A DNA stretch of 64,000 nucleotides, taken from contig MU053934.1 in the NCBI GenBank assembly GCA_013239625.1, forward strand, positions 4,978,399 through 5,042,398, given 5' to 3'. The DNA comes from Lama guanicoe. Taxonomy: Eukaryota. Shown in pieces: positions 11,580 to 22,470 of the stretch. The notes under the pieces are model-generated. The model saw only the letters and a list, made by a program, of their open reading frames with translations, searched no databases and was not told where the DNA came from. How positions within the stretch are numbered: position 1 is the stretch's first letter; each line of letters begins with the position of its first letter. The position numbers and the translations under genes were made by a program.

Positions 11580-11845
11580 GGGTCACCTCCTCTGAGAGGC
11601 CTTCACCCACCAACCTTACTACTTAAGTCTTCCCATCATGTTCTTTTCAGGACCTGGTTATTTCCCTCATGACACTTAACATGATGTATACTTATCAATT
11701 TGTCATTTCCTCTTTGTCTTTCTCCACCATGAGACTGGAAACTCCTTGAGAGCAGAGACCACGACCATCTTCTCTATCGGTGTAATCCTACTGTGTAACA
11801 CATACCTAGCACATAGTAGGCACTCAAGAAACAGGTGTTGAATCA
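11580..11845 (+). mobile_element. L2 3' end
   Basis: tcacctcctctgagaggccttc...cctagcacatagtaggcactcaagaaacaggtgttgaat. Confidence 0.7.
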
Positions 11846-12182
11846 CCAAATGGTGGGGTGAATCTGCTTTGGAATAAACTTGTATTGCTTCTATAGCTTT
11901 GGATTATAAACATGACATTTGAAAAGATACAATCCACCTCGAAATAGTCAAGTTAAATTCTAGAGTTTTGAGCAAATATTTTCAAATCAGTCAACAGTAT
12001 TTCTTGAGTTCCTACCATTTATATAACTTTGTGGAGGAAGTAACAAATATAAAACATGCTCCCTACATTAACTTTCTTTTTACATCTACCCACTTCCACA
12101 ATGCTTTGGCAAAGGCTGTTTTCTCCCCCAACTTTACCTGAATCATAATAGGAGATCATGTAAGTTAAATGAAGTTAAACCA

Positions 12183-12497
12183 CTGGTCCACATCTTATTA
12201 TCTGAATCTTTTGAGGCCAGGTGACTTGTGGAATTCAAACTCAATTGGGGGGTGAGGGGAGCTTTTGAAGGGTAATGCCATGCCTATACCATGTTACATG
12301 ATAAACACAGTAAAGTCTGGGGCCACCCAAAACAATGGACCACATTAATATGACTGCAACAAAAACTTGTGAATATTTCGAATAAGTAAAGACATGGCTC
12401 GCTTCCGTTCAGATCTCGTGGCCAAATGAGTTAGGGGGAAAAACTGGTTTACAAAACTTCTTGGCTGTCAGAATTGAGAATAAGAGATTGAGGAGCC
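12183..12497. mobile_element. MER96B-like hAT DNA transposon relic
   Basis: Ends ggtccacatcttattatctgaa and cagaattgagaataagagattgagga are imperfect inverted termini. Internal gtctggggc, cacattaata and gccaaatgagtt motifs recall MER96B (recognised from memory). Confidence 0.55.
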
Positions 12498-12871
12498 AAA
12501 CTGACTTTATCCAAAGACTTAGGACAGTAATGACAAGAACGTCTAAGAGGCTGAGTACCAAGAGGCATCTCTGGAAAGCCGCATTCAGGGCAGTGCTATG
12601 AGGCGAGAACGGCTCTTGGGTTTATACAGTTTCCGCCTGCACAGGAGACAGGAGAAAATAAGCTCTGGGCCACGTTATTACGGGGAAACAATCACAGTGA
12701 ATACCTCGGCACTAGGAGGCGTAACTGTTTTGATGGAAAGAACACCACAAGGGGCAGAGGGAGGCTGGGCCTTGGAGAAGCTTCTAGAAGGACGGAGTGA
12801 CGTGGTGTGGTCACACAGCAGTGACTCCCCCACGCAGGCCTGTGGGCCTCGTCCCCCTCCCGCCCGCACCA

Positions 12872-12892
12872 GGACAGCGGACAGCGGACAGC
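12872..12892 (+). repeat. (GGACAGC)3 tandem repeat
   Basis: ggacagcggacagcggacagc read directly. Confidence 0.9.
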
Positions 12893-12979
12893 TGAGGGCG
12901 CGGGCTTGGGACCCCGGCGGGATAGCGCCCTCCACGCCCACTCCATCCCCACTCCTGCCCCGAAATGAGACGCTACTAC

Positions 12980-13050
12980 CTGAGGGGAAGGGCCAGCCGC
13001 GGCGTCCCGGCCTTTTCCCTCGCAACGAGGCCCAAGCGCTCACGCCCTCC
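12980..13050 (-). other. ENTHD1: Candidate non-coding exon 1 of ENTHD1 (boundaries uncertain)
   Basis: The acceptor at 8905 requires an upstream exon. One plausible minus-strand donor in the island is CAG|GTAGTA at 12980/12979. Alternatives exist, for example GGC|GTGAGC at 13044 and GAG|GTATTC near 12704. Confidence 0.35.
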
Positions 13051-13439
13051 CCCACTTCCGCTTCCTCACTTCCGGCCCCTCACTTCCGGCCTTTGCTGGG
13101 TCTGGTGCCGGGTCTCACAGCGCTTCCAGCGAGAGGGGTGCTGCGGGTTAAAATACCCCCAGTTGGAGGGTATCCAGTGGCATGAAGGTAAATGTCAGTT
13201 TAACAGTGTGTTGGGCTATGGCACTGCCCTAATCTTATACAAATAAAATTTACAATTTATATTACTAGTGTCATTTTAACTGACTGCAGACAACATCACC
13301 AGCTAATTTTCACTTAAACGGACAAAGAATGTAATGTCTAGTAATAGTCTCTAGAGATGGAAAGTGTGTGTGATGGGCAATGACATGGGGAGTGCCTCCA
13401 GTGAGGGCTTTGTGTACCTTTGATGGGTAGTCCTTGAAC

Positions 13440-13990
13440 TATTCAGCTGACCTTCATTGAGCACCTACTATGTACCAGGCACCCCACCAAAGCAGCAAGG
13501 ACTCAGATAGGACAGTCTGACACTGGACGAGTTTACAGGCTAGTAGAGGTGGCAAGCACCATCACAGAAGATTGTGATCAGATATGTATAGTGTAGTAAG
13601 AGGGGAGAGAGTATCAAATTCTGCCAAGGAGTATTTGAGGACAGGTTTCAGACAGTTTACATCTGAATTGAATCTGAAAGGATGACAGGAGTTCACTGGG
13701 TAGACAAAGTAGAGGAAGCCGTGAGAGGCAAAGGACATATCATGTGTAAAGGCTCGAAGCTGAGAGAGCCTATTATCTTGGTAAAATGGCAAGCACTGTA
13801 GTTACTATGGCTGTCTCAAAGACTATTAGTAAAACAGCAGAGGGAGATGAAGTGGCAGAACAAAGTCAGATCATGAAGAACCTTGTCTGTATACCAGGTG
13901 ATTTTATCCAGTAGGCATTGAAAATGTAATCAAACCCATGTTTTAAAGCCCCTTGGTGGCTGAGTTGGATACTGACTAGAATGAAAGGAG
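13440..13990 (-). mobile_element. L2 fragment
   Basis: cattgagcacctactatgtaccaggcac...tgaatctgaaaggatgacaggagttcact...gtcagatcatgaagaaccttg. Confidence 0.7.
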
Positions 13991-14339
13991 AAAGATTTAG
14001 AGAATAGGAAAATGCTTAGTAGATGGAAGTTACATTTGTTTTTAGTTCCTACTGCTTCAATCATAAGTATTATAATAGCAGCCTATATTATTGATACTGA
14101 ACATGTAGATAGCTAAGTATAATATAAAATGATAGGAGACATGAAAGAAGTTGGTGCATTATAACCGAGCTACCTGGCTGTAATACAGAGTCGTGACGGC
14201 AGTAGCCAGAGGGAGATTGAAATGATGGCTTAGAAATGGATGGTTCAGGGCCTTGAATGCCATGGTAAGGTGCTGGACTTTATCAAGTAGCAAGGAATAA
14301 GCCAAAAGTATTTTTCACATTGAGTTATAGATTATGAAG

Positions 14340-14760
14340 ACTTTTTATATGCATGTCTTGTGTAAATTTCTAAGGAACTCTAAGATATAGGTGTTGTGAT
14401 CCCATTGTACAGGTGAGAATGCCAAGTTTGGGGAACATGCATTCATTCTACATTATTGAGCACCTGCTATGTGCCAGGCACTATGCTAAGCTGTGGGAAT
14501 ATAGTCTAATAGAGGAAATAAGAATAAATCGGTAAATGTAATAAATTACCATGATAAAGGCAAGCATAGATTGTTTTGGGAGTGAAAAAGGAATTTATCT
14601 CAACTACATAGTTAAGGAAGTATTCCTGGAGGAGGTGAACCTGTGCTGAGTTTGCAGGAACAAATAGGTTATATGAATTGCTGAGAAATATTTAACTAGC
14701 AAGTGATTTAACTGGAACTTGAACACAAATCTCCTGCATGCAATTCTATGCTCATTCCCC
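14340..14760 (-). mobile_element. Interleaved MIR and L2 fragments
   Basis: cccattgtacaggtgag (MIR), ttattgagcacctgctatgtgccaggcactatgctaag (L2), ctggaacttgaacacaaatctcctg (MIR). Confidence 0.55.
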
Positions 14761-15299
14761 TATGCGAAGGACAAATCTCAGTCCTGGATATTAAGCTCCA
14801 CTGACCTTCTCAGTCACAAGTCTACCTGTTCTATTTTGAGTTCAGAGATCCTGATTTTTTTTTCTTTTTAAACTCAGCTATTGTCTCCTTTTAGAACGAA
14901 TTATTTGGGTATGTTCAAAAATGTAGATTGGAAGCAGAACAGAGGGACTGGTAAAAGAGCAGAATGTTATAATGGTTCTGGAAGTAAGAGATGAAGGTCA
15001 TAACCAAGGTGGAGGGTGGAGAGGCCAGGAGCAGTGAAGGAGTCGATTAGCTCAGGCAAAAGGTTAATGTATTACCAACCTAGTGCAATTAACTCCCTTA
15101 ACGGTGACATTGTGTAAGAGATTCTTATCTGCTTTCCTCCATTTGGGGGCACCCTAATTTAGTTGCAGTGCTATCTCATCCACCAAATACAGACATCGTT
15201 TGACAATGCTAACTTGGCATGGGTTTTTTTTGTTTGTTTGTTTTTTTGTTTTTTTGTTTTTTGCTGTTGTTGTTCCTGAATTCAGAGTTTTATAAAAGT

Positions 15300-16540
15300 G
15301 GACAAAGTTTTCCTCACTTGGTTCCAGGATATCACTCTTCCTCCTCATCTCCTTGACTGGTTTCTTCTCATTTCTCTGACCTCTCTACTTTGGAGTGGTT
15401 TGTCCTCTGTCTATATTCATTTCTTGGGTGGTTTTATCCAGTCTCATAGTTTTCAACACCTTTCTCTCTCTCAGCAACCCTCCAGTTTTCATCGTCAGCC
15501 CTGACCTCGCTTGACCTCCAGACTTCCATATCAAACTCCCCTGATATCCCCACTGGCAGGTCTCATAGACAGCTCAAATTTAGTATGTCTAAAACCAAAC
15601 TTCTGGTCTTGTCTTCCAAACCCACTCTCCCACAGTCTCCCCTGTTTCAGTTAATGACACATCCTTTCTTCTCGTGTCTCAGGCTATGAACCTTGGAGCC
15701 ATCACTGACACTCTCTTGTCTTTCACACTGAACTTCATTTCTACAAGCACACCTTTGACACAGGGTGGCTACCAAGTCTGGGTTATATGTGCTCAGTAGG
15801 TAATAAATGGTATATCAATGCCACATTCTAATACATGATAAAATAGTATCTATGGTTTCAGACTTTCTGGTTGCCCTGTACATTCAGAATTCAATCACTT
15901 CCCACTATCTGGCCTAAGTCACCCTCCTCTCCTGCCAGGATACCCTCCTACCTGATCTCCCTGCCTTTTCTCTTGCTTTCTTACAATCTAACCTCAACAG
16001 TTATGAGTCAGCCTTGAAAAACTTAAAACACAAGTCAGATCATATCACTCCCCAATTCAAAATTTTCCATTGGCTCCCAAGAATAAAATCCAGAGACCTT
16101 GCCATGACCAGTGAAGCCCTGCATCTTCTGCCCCTCACCCCTGACCTCCATCTCAACTCCTCTCTGCCTCACTCATTGCATCAAGCTCACTCCCACCGTA
16201 AGGCATTGCACCTGCTACTCCAGATACTGCAAAAGCCATCTCCCCAAAGAGCCATCAGGCTGGATCCCTCACTTTGTTTTGAACTTTGCTCAAATGTCCC
16301 TTGATCTCTGAAGAAAATCACAGCGCCCACCTCAGCCACACTCCCTCTGACTCTTGACCCATTTTATAATTCGCAATGGTAGTACAGCCATCTGGCTTAT
16401 GTATTATTTCTTCCTCTACCAGAATGTAAGATCCAGGAGGTCAGGGACCACGTTTTGTTCCTTGACAGATACATTCCCAGCACCTGGAACAGGCCTAACA
16501 TGGAGTAGGCACATAAACGTTATTTATTGCATGAATGAAA
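15300..16540 (+). mobile_element. Long L2 fragment including the 3' end
   Basis: ctcaaatttagtatgtctaaaaccaaactt, aaaacacaagtcagatcatatcactcccc and the terminus cagcacctggaacaggcctaacatggagtaggcacataaacgttatttattgcatgaatgaa. Confidence 0.8.
15761..15878. mobile_element. Small TcMar-like MITE nested in L2
   Basis: Inverted termini CAGGGTGGCTACCAAGTCTG and (reverse complement) CAGGGCAACCAGAAAGTCTG match at 14/20, with TA at 15879-15880. Confidence 0.45.
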
Positions 16541-18439
16541 AGAGAATGTCTGAATTCATACTATTGGATGAAAAGTACACATATTACCCTAAAGTTAAAC
16601 ATAATTTTATACAAGAAGTTCTGATCCTAACAATGACCCCTCAAAAGGAATTGCTGAAATTTTTTTTAAAGTGTGGTTTCAAAAAAAAATTTCTCCCTTG
16701 TGGATGAGTCCAGATTTCATATATTCCTTAATCCTCCCAATTTTACTGACATTTTTCTAAGTAGCCATGATGGTGAGGACTGAAGTGCTAGCATTCAGTC
16801 GTACCTGAGGGGCTTTGTTCTTTGGTTCTGCCTCCGCACTGGTTCAGTAACAGAGTTGCTGTGAAATTAACCGCTCAAGTGGCCTTGTTTTCCTCCCAAT
16901 ATGTCTGCCAGTCCTTACCCACTACCAAGATAACTTCTCTGTGAGATTTTCCTCTTCTGCCCTTTGCCCCATATTTGAATAGAAAGGGGTTGTGTTCTGC
17001 TCCCTGGGGGTAGTTCCCTGGAAAAAGTAGTTTCCTCACTGGGGTGCGTGGCCGAGAACACCATGGTCTTCCTGTTTAGCGTTAGCAAGCAGTCCCCTTC
17101 CTTCCCACTTCAAAACCACTGACTCAGGATAAGGACTGTGGCCAGAGGATTTTGGTGTTTGAGAACTAGTGATGGGGCTGTGATTGTAATGATGGGATCC
17201 GAGAAGGCCCTTAGACCATGAAGACGGAAGAACACTGAGGTCAATTTTGAGATGTTCCTGTTTTAAAATCGGCCACACATTATCCTGAAAAATTCTGTCT
17301 TTATAACATGTGGAAATAGTTGGGACCCTGTTCAGATGCCACTTGGATTTAAGAAGAGTTAACAAACTTGCATGAATAAAAAGAAAGTCCTTTGTTACGG
17401 AGTTAAGAGGAGCTAATTACTTCCTTTAAGTCATTCAACCAATAATTTACTGAGCACCTACTATAACCAAGGTACTCTAATAACTCCACACCAGATTCAT
17501 CTTTTCTATTTCAATTTTAAAAACTTTCATAACCAAGTAGGAAGCACCCCACACACACCAAGTAAATCTTGAGCAGGGTTTAGGTATAAAAGGCAAAGAG
17601 ATAGAAAAGAATACCATTTCGTAATGCAGAATAAGTTTAAATTCCAGATCCCCAAGTTATGTCTTACATGATACCCTCCTTCTTAGACTTCGAGAGATTA
17701 ACGCTGGGAACATCTTGTGAGCCTGTTTATCCCAAGTCTGGTGCCCAGCCCTGAATGGTGCCACTTAGCAAGTAGCAATGTTTCTAATTTTGTGCAAAAG
17801 ATGCAATGTTGGCAATTTATTTTCTAGCAAGAACAAAGAGGAAGAGGCCTTCGAAAGTTACACTTGGTATGGGAGGAAGGAGCTGAAAGAGGAGGGTGAG
17901 CTATCAATTTCAAGGTAAGAACTAAGGACGTTGAAGGTGACAAAAATGTTAGGTGAAAAATCTTAAAATCCCAGAAATATTTTAATCCAACCTACTCATG
18001 AGAAAATGAAGTCCCCAGAATCTAAGTAACCAGCCCCAGCTCACACCTGACAATGACAAAACTGGGATTAGAACTCATCCTGGCTCAGAGCTGTTCTTTT
18101 TTGTTGTTGTTGTTAAGGGTAATATCATGGGCTAAGGGTAATCTTATGGGCTGAGGGCATTAAAGAAGCATTTTTCTCTGGGCTTTTAACATTGTGAGTG
18201 ATCCACAACGGTATTAGGTGAGTTCCCCTAAGACGTCCTAATGTTTCTCTGGATGCTTGGATAGCCTCAGAGAAAATGCATTTTCCTTAAGACTGGCAGC
18301 GGCTTGCTAATGGACCATCTCTAGGATTAGAAATTTTCTTATGTGAACATCATCATTTGGGGCAAACTTGTTAAAACTGAAACTAAGCATTAAGAAGCAG
18401 AAGTGTTTCAGTGAACCTCCTGCATTTTAGTTCAACTCT

Positions 18440-18545
18440 GGCAGCAAGAAAACAAAACCACATAATCTAGGCTCACACCCAACTCTCTGAAGCCCCGTAT
18501 CTGCTAGTTCCTGTGTGGTTTGACTACAGACTGCAGGGCTGACTT
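18440..18545 (+). promoter_or_regulatory. GRAP2: GRAP2 TATA-less haematopoietic promoter
   Basis: RUNX motifs AACCACA (18456-18462) and TGTGGTT (18514-18520), an adjacent ETS core TTCCTG (18508-18513) and CACACCC (18474-18480), all directly upstream of the exon ending at 18770. Confidence 0.65.
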
Positions 18546-18770
18546 GGGGGAGTTTGGAGGAGGGAGTAAGAAGTCAGGGAGGAGGAGGCACTATTAATGG
18601 CTCCGTGAGCCTGTGCCCTGTTTTAGTGTGGTACTTGGAAGACAGCACGAGGTGGTTCTGTACTCTGAAATGCAGTAACTTTGATGCTTGGATTCATCTT
18701 CCTTCTTGCAAGAGAGGATTCTAATAACTCGGTGTCAAAGCCACAGACTCAACCCCTTCTCTTCCGAAAG
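18545..18770 (+). other. GRAP2: GRAP2 non-coding exon 1 (5' start approximate)
   Basis: Strong donor AAG|GTATGT at 18770/18771. The sequence (ggattctaataactcggtgtcaaagcc...ctcaaccccttctcttcc) resembles the human GRAP2 5' UTR as I recall it, and joins exon 2 as ...AAG|CTTCACG. Confidence 0.8.
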
Positions 18771-19119
18771 GTATGTCATTATACATCAGTCCACATGCTC
18801 TATAGAGATCTTGGACAGTTTTATAATTTGCAGACTGTTCTCTAGGAGTCAAACCTAATGAAAATGAATCCCATGGGCTCTCTAAATGCCTTGCAATTTT
18901 TGGCCCATCAACTAAGGTCTCTAAATCTTTTGCCGTAACGTTTGTGGTGTTGGGATTCGACTTCTAGCGAATGAACTGGGAGAAAACTTGTTCCTTACCC
19001 AGCCCGTTACACAAAAAACTTCACCGATTGGCTTCTGAGTCATCTCAGGGAAAGACTTAAGACCCTGGGATTACAGAGGTGAAATTCCACTTTACCAGTG
19101 TCAGTATTTATTCCAAACT

Positions 19120-19144
19120 GGGGGCGTGGGGCGTGGGGCGTGGG
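19120..19144 (+). repeat. (GGGGCGT)n repeat / canonical G-quadruplex motif
   Basis: GGGGG-CGT-GGGG-CGT-GGGG-CGT-GGG. Confidence 0.85.
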
Positions 19145-21069
19145 AGGTGAAGGGCTGAGCAGTAATGAATGAACAGCAGTACTACGAGTCAGGATTTCTT
19201 CCGTAGCTTGCATTTCTACTTCTGTTAGTATTTATGTTGCCTTTACAAAGAACACCAATTTGCGTCTCTTTACAAAAAGAAAACTTTATACTGAAATAGG
19301 TTTTGAGAGAGTATTGTCTGTGTCTCTGTGTTAACTGTTAACACTGTGTCCTCCCTAAGACTGTCGCTGGTTCAGGCATCGAGTCTGAACACGACTCTTT
19401 TATGTTCTCTGCCCCACCTGCCCCTGAACCTGGCGACTGAATGCACCCACCAAAGACTGTGCTCATTTGAAAAATATGGTGTTTATATGCTTGGAATTGG
19501 TCCTTGGTAGTAAAGTACATGTAACTTCATCTGCACGTTATTAAAAATGTACGTCTCCAGATGAATTAAGAGGGAAAATATTTAGGGTCTAAAACTCCAA
19601 TAGGAAAGATTACATGTGCTCGTGTCCTGTCATCTGAGGGTGGGAAACCTCAAGCTGGGAAACCTTTTGTCCTTTACAGCTGCATTTATCATAGACTGAT
19701 TAGTTCTTTAGTGGGTCGTCTTTTCTTTCCTTTTTTCTTCTTATTTTTGGTTTCAGAAAGCACATTTGGTAAAAGTATACTCTGCTTTAGCAACCCAATA
19801 TTGTTTATAAAACTTCATTTATAAAATAATTTTAAAGTGATTCTCTTTACCAAAGGATCTGTTACTAAATAAAGAACACTGTGTAAATGGAGGACCATCT
19901 ACGTGCGTTTAAATTTCAAGTTTTAAAAATTCTAATTTGTGCCCTCTTGGAGAACTTTTTTTTTTTTTTTTGGTAAAAAGAGACAGCCTTACATCATTGA
20001 ATAAAACTATCTTTTTAGATTGAATTTGGAATGTCTCCCATGTAGTAAACAGTAATCTTATTCTCCCTAAATTGTAGTAGATTTCATCTTTTTAAAATGA
20101 CTTTCCTGAAGCAGAGGGGAAGGAGGTGATCAATTTGTTCAAAATGAAATGTCTCTATTGCTAATATAATATCTTTTTGAATACCTTCTATACCTTAGGC
20201 CCCGATGAAAATCCCTTTAACTATTTTTTTTATTTCAATTGTTCTACGTCTATCTCACAGGGATATTTTAAGAATACAGGAGTTAACTTAGACCTGAAGT
20301 GCCTTCGGAGAAAGGCACTATCAAAATGCAGGGTGATATCGGTATTGTTTCTGTGAATCTTGATCATTTTCTTCCCACCTCTTATAAAAAATATATCTCA
20401 CTTAGTGCCTGGAGCCGTCTCTTTTAGAACCTTTGCCTTCTGGAAGAGCTGAAAATGAGCCTGGTTCCCACTTGTTTATTGATTCTCAGAGAATAACACC
20501 TGCTGGTGTTGGTGACTTGCAGGGCTCATGCCTGAACTTGAGCAGAACTTGCTTCTTTTCTTGGCTCTAGAGAAGTCTCCAGTCGTTTAAAAATGTGGCA
20601 TTAAGTGTGATTCCATTGGGATTTCTTAAACAAGTAACTGTTGCTGCTGGATGAGTCCTAGGGACAGAGGCTTCATTTTTGTGCCCTCATAAAACAAACT
20701 CAAAATTTGGTCAAAAGTCTTTATGACTTGAGTTATTTTGAGTCAAATGATTGCATTGATTGGCCCCCATTTGTCCTTCTCAGACCAGCGTGTCTCCATC
20801 TTTTAAGGAGCATCATAGCCTCATGTGTCCCTCTCTTTTTTATTGTTGTTGTTGCCTCTTTACAATTTTCAGGAAAATATAGCCTTATTTAACAAATGAA
20901 CATTTGTAAAACTTACTGTGCATTTCCTATGTGTTGGGCCTTGTGTTCGGCACTGAGTTCTCTTCAACAATGTTAATATTAAGTTTCAATAAGTGTCAGC
21001 CAATAGGAATTCAGTAAATAATTTTTAAAAAACAATTTTCTTTTTAAAGATGCATTTACAGGTAAACAT

Positions 21070-21900
21070 TTTAGAGAATTAAAAGAAACCAAGTATGTGA
21101 GGATTAAGATATTTAGTGAATTGAAACCTCTATGCTCACCTCCTAGGTTCAGCAGTTGCTAACTTTGGGGCATATTTGTTCCGTCTATATGTATTTCTTT
21201 CTAAACTACTTGTAAGTTACAGACAAAATCATACTTCATCCCTACATAATTCAGTGCACATCTAAGAATAAGAACAGCTTCCTACATAACTGCAGTGCCA
21301 TCATTATACCTAGGAAGATGAACAGTAATTCATTAATAAAATCTACTCTCAAGGCCATATCTAACCTTAACCACTTGTCCCACAAATGTCTTCTGTACCT
21401 TAAAAAGCTAGGATCTAATTTTTTTAAAGAAAAATACATTTCTGCATTAGGGTTTTATGTCTTTATTCAACGTTGGATTTTTTTTTTAAGGTTAGGTGTT
21501 ATAGAATGTCCCATGTTATATGATGTCCCACGTTATAGGATGTCCCACCTTCTGGATTTGTTGTTGCCTCATGGTGTCGTTTAATTTGTTCCTCTACCCC
21601 CTGTATTCTCTGTAAACTCCAAGTTAGGACTAAAGCACTGATTGGATTTCAACTGAACGTATTTTACAAGGTGCTCCATATTGCATCTCAGCAAGGGACA
21701 TGTCACGCCAGGGTGTCCCTCTATCTGTGATGCTCAGTTTGGTCTTGGCTCAAGGTAGTGATCTCACCCTAGGGATCCCTCTGTTGTGAAGGTACTTCCC
21801 CTCCCCCCTTTGCAATTAGCAAGTGATCTGACGGGATGGCACTTCGGCATTGTGGTAAAATCCTGTTTCCCAACAGACTTCACCCAGTAGCTTTGGGTGA
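21070..21900 (-). mobile_element. Old L1 (L1MC4/5-like) 3' region
   Basis: ctaagaataagaacagcttcctacataactgcagtgccatcattatacctaggaag...agaatgtcccac...ctggatttg...gcaattagcaagtgatctg. Confidence 0.6.
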
Positions 21901-22079
21901 TAATCCTTGCCTGGATCCACCTTTCCATTGGGGATCATGTACATTTTTACCGCACTTGGAAGAAGGACTGACATACACATTCATCATTATCAGCAGCAAC
22001 AGCAGATACTTATTGAGTGTTTAAGTTCAGGTAATAACAACAGTGATGAGGAGGAGGAGGAGGAACATTTACTGAGTGC

Positions 22080-22272
22080 TGCTGTGGAGCCAGATGGTCT
22101 GGGGTGGAGGCCAATCCTCCAGTTACTAACCAGGCCAACTGGGACAAGTTACTTAGTCTTTCTGTGCCTTAGTTTCTTACACTATAAAATGAGAGTAATA
22201 ATGGTACCTATCTCATCATGTAGTTTTGAAGATTAAATAATTTATACACGTAAAGTTTCTAAAACAGTGTCT
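22080..22272 (+). mobile_element. MIR SINE
   Basis: ggacaagttacttagtctttctgtgccttagtttcttacactataaaatgagagtaataatggtacctatctcat. Confidence 0.8.
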
Positions 22273-22283
22273 TATTATTGTTT

Positions 22284-22470
22284 GCCAAGCACTTTTCAGG
22301 TGTGAACTCATTTGCTTCTCATAACGGCACAATGAAGCAAGGGTTAGTGTCACCCTTCTTTTGTAAGTGAGAAAACTGAGGTACGGGAGGGTAAGTAACT
22401 GGCACAAGGTCACTTCACTAGTATGTGGTAGAGCCTGGATTTGAACCCAGGCAGTCTGATTCCAGAGCAT
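22284..22470 (-). mobile_element. MIR SINE
   Basis: gagaaaactgaggtacgggagggtaagtaactggcacaaggtcac...ggatttgaacccaggcagtctgattccagagc. Confidence 0.8.

Larger units (their letters stand above)
12780..13150. promoter_or_regulatory. CpG island promoter (ENTHD1; probably bidirectional)
   Basis: The densest GC/CpG-rich stretch in the window, about 4 kb upstream of the ENTHD1 acceptor. It contains GC boxes (cccgccc), TGACGTGG at 12798 and three ACTTCCG ETS motifs at 13054, 13068 and 13082. Confidence 0.85.

Noticed and set aside
12598..13185. 195-aa plus-strand ORF and overlapping minus-strand ORFs
   Set aside because: They lie over the GC-rich CpG island, where stop codons are scarce. The Pro/Arg/Gly-rich translation has no recognisable domain.
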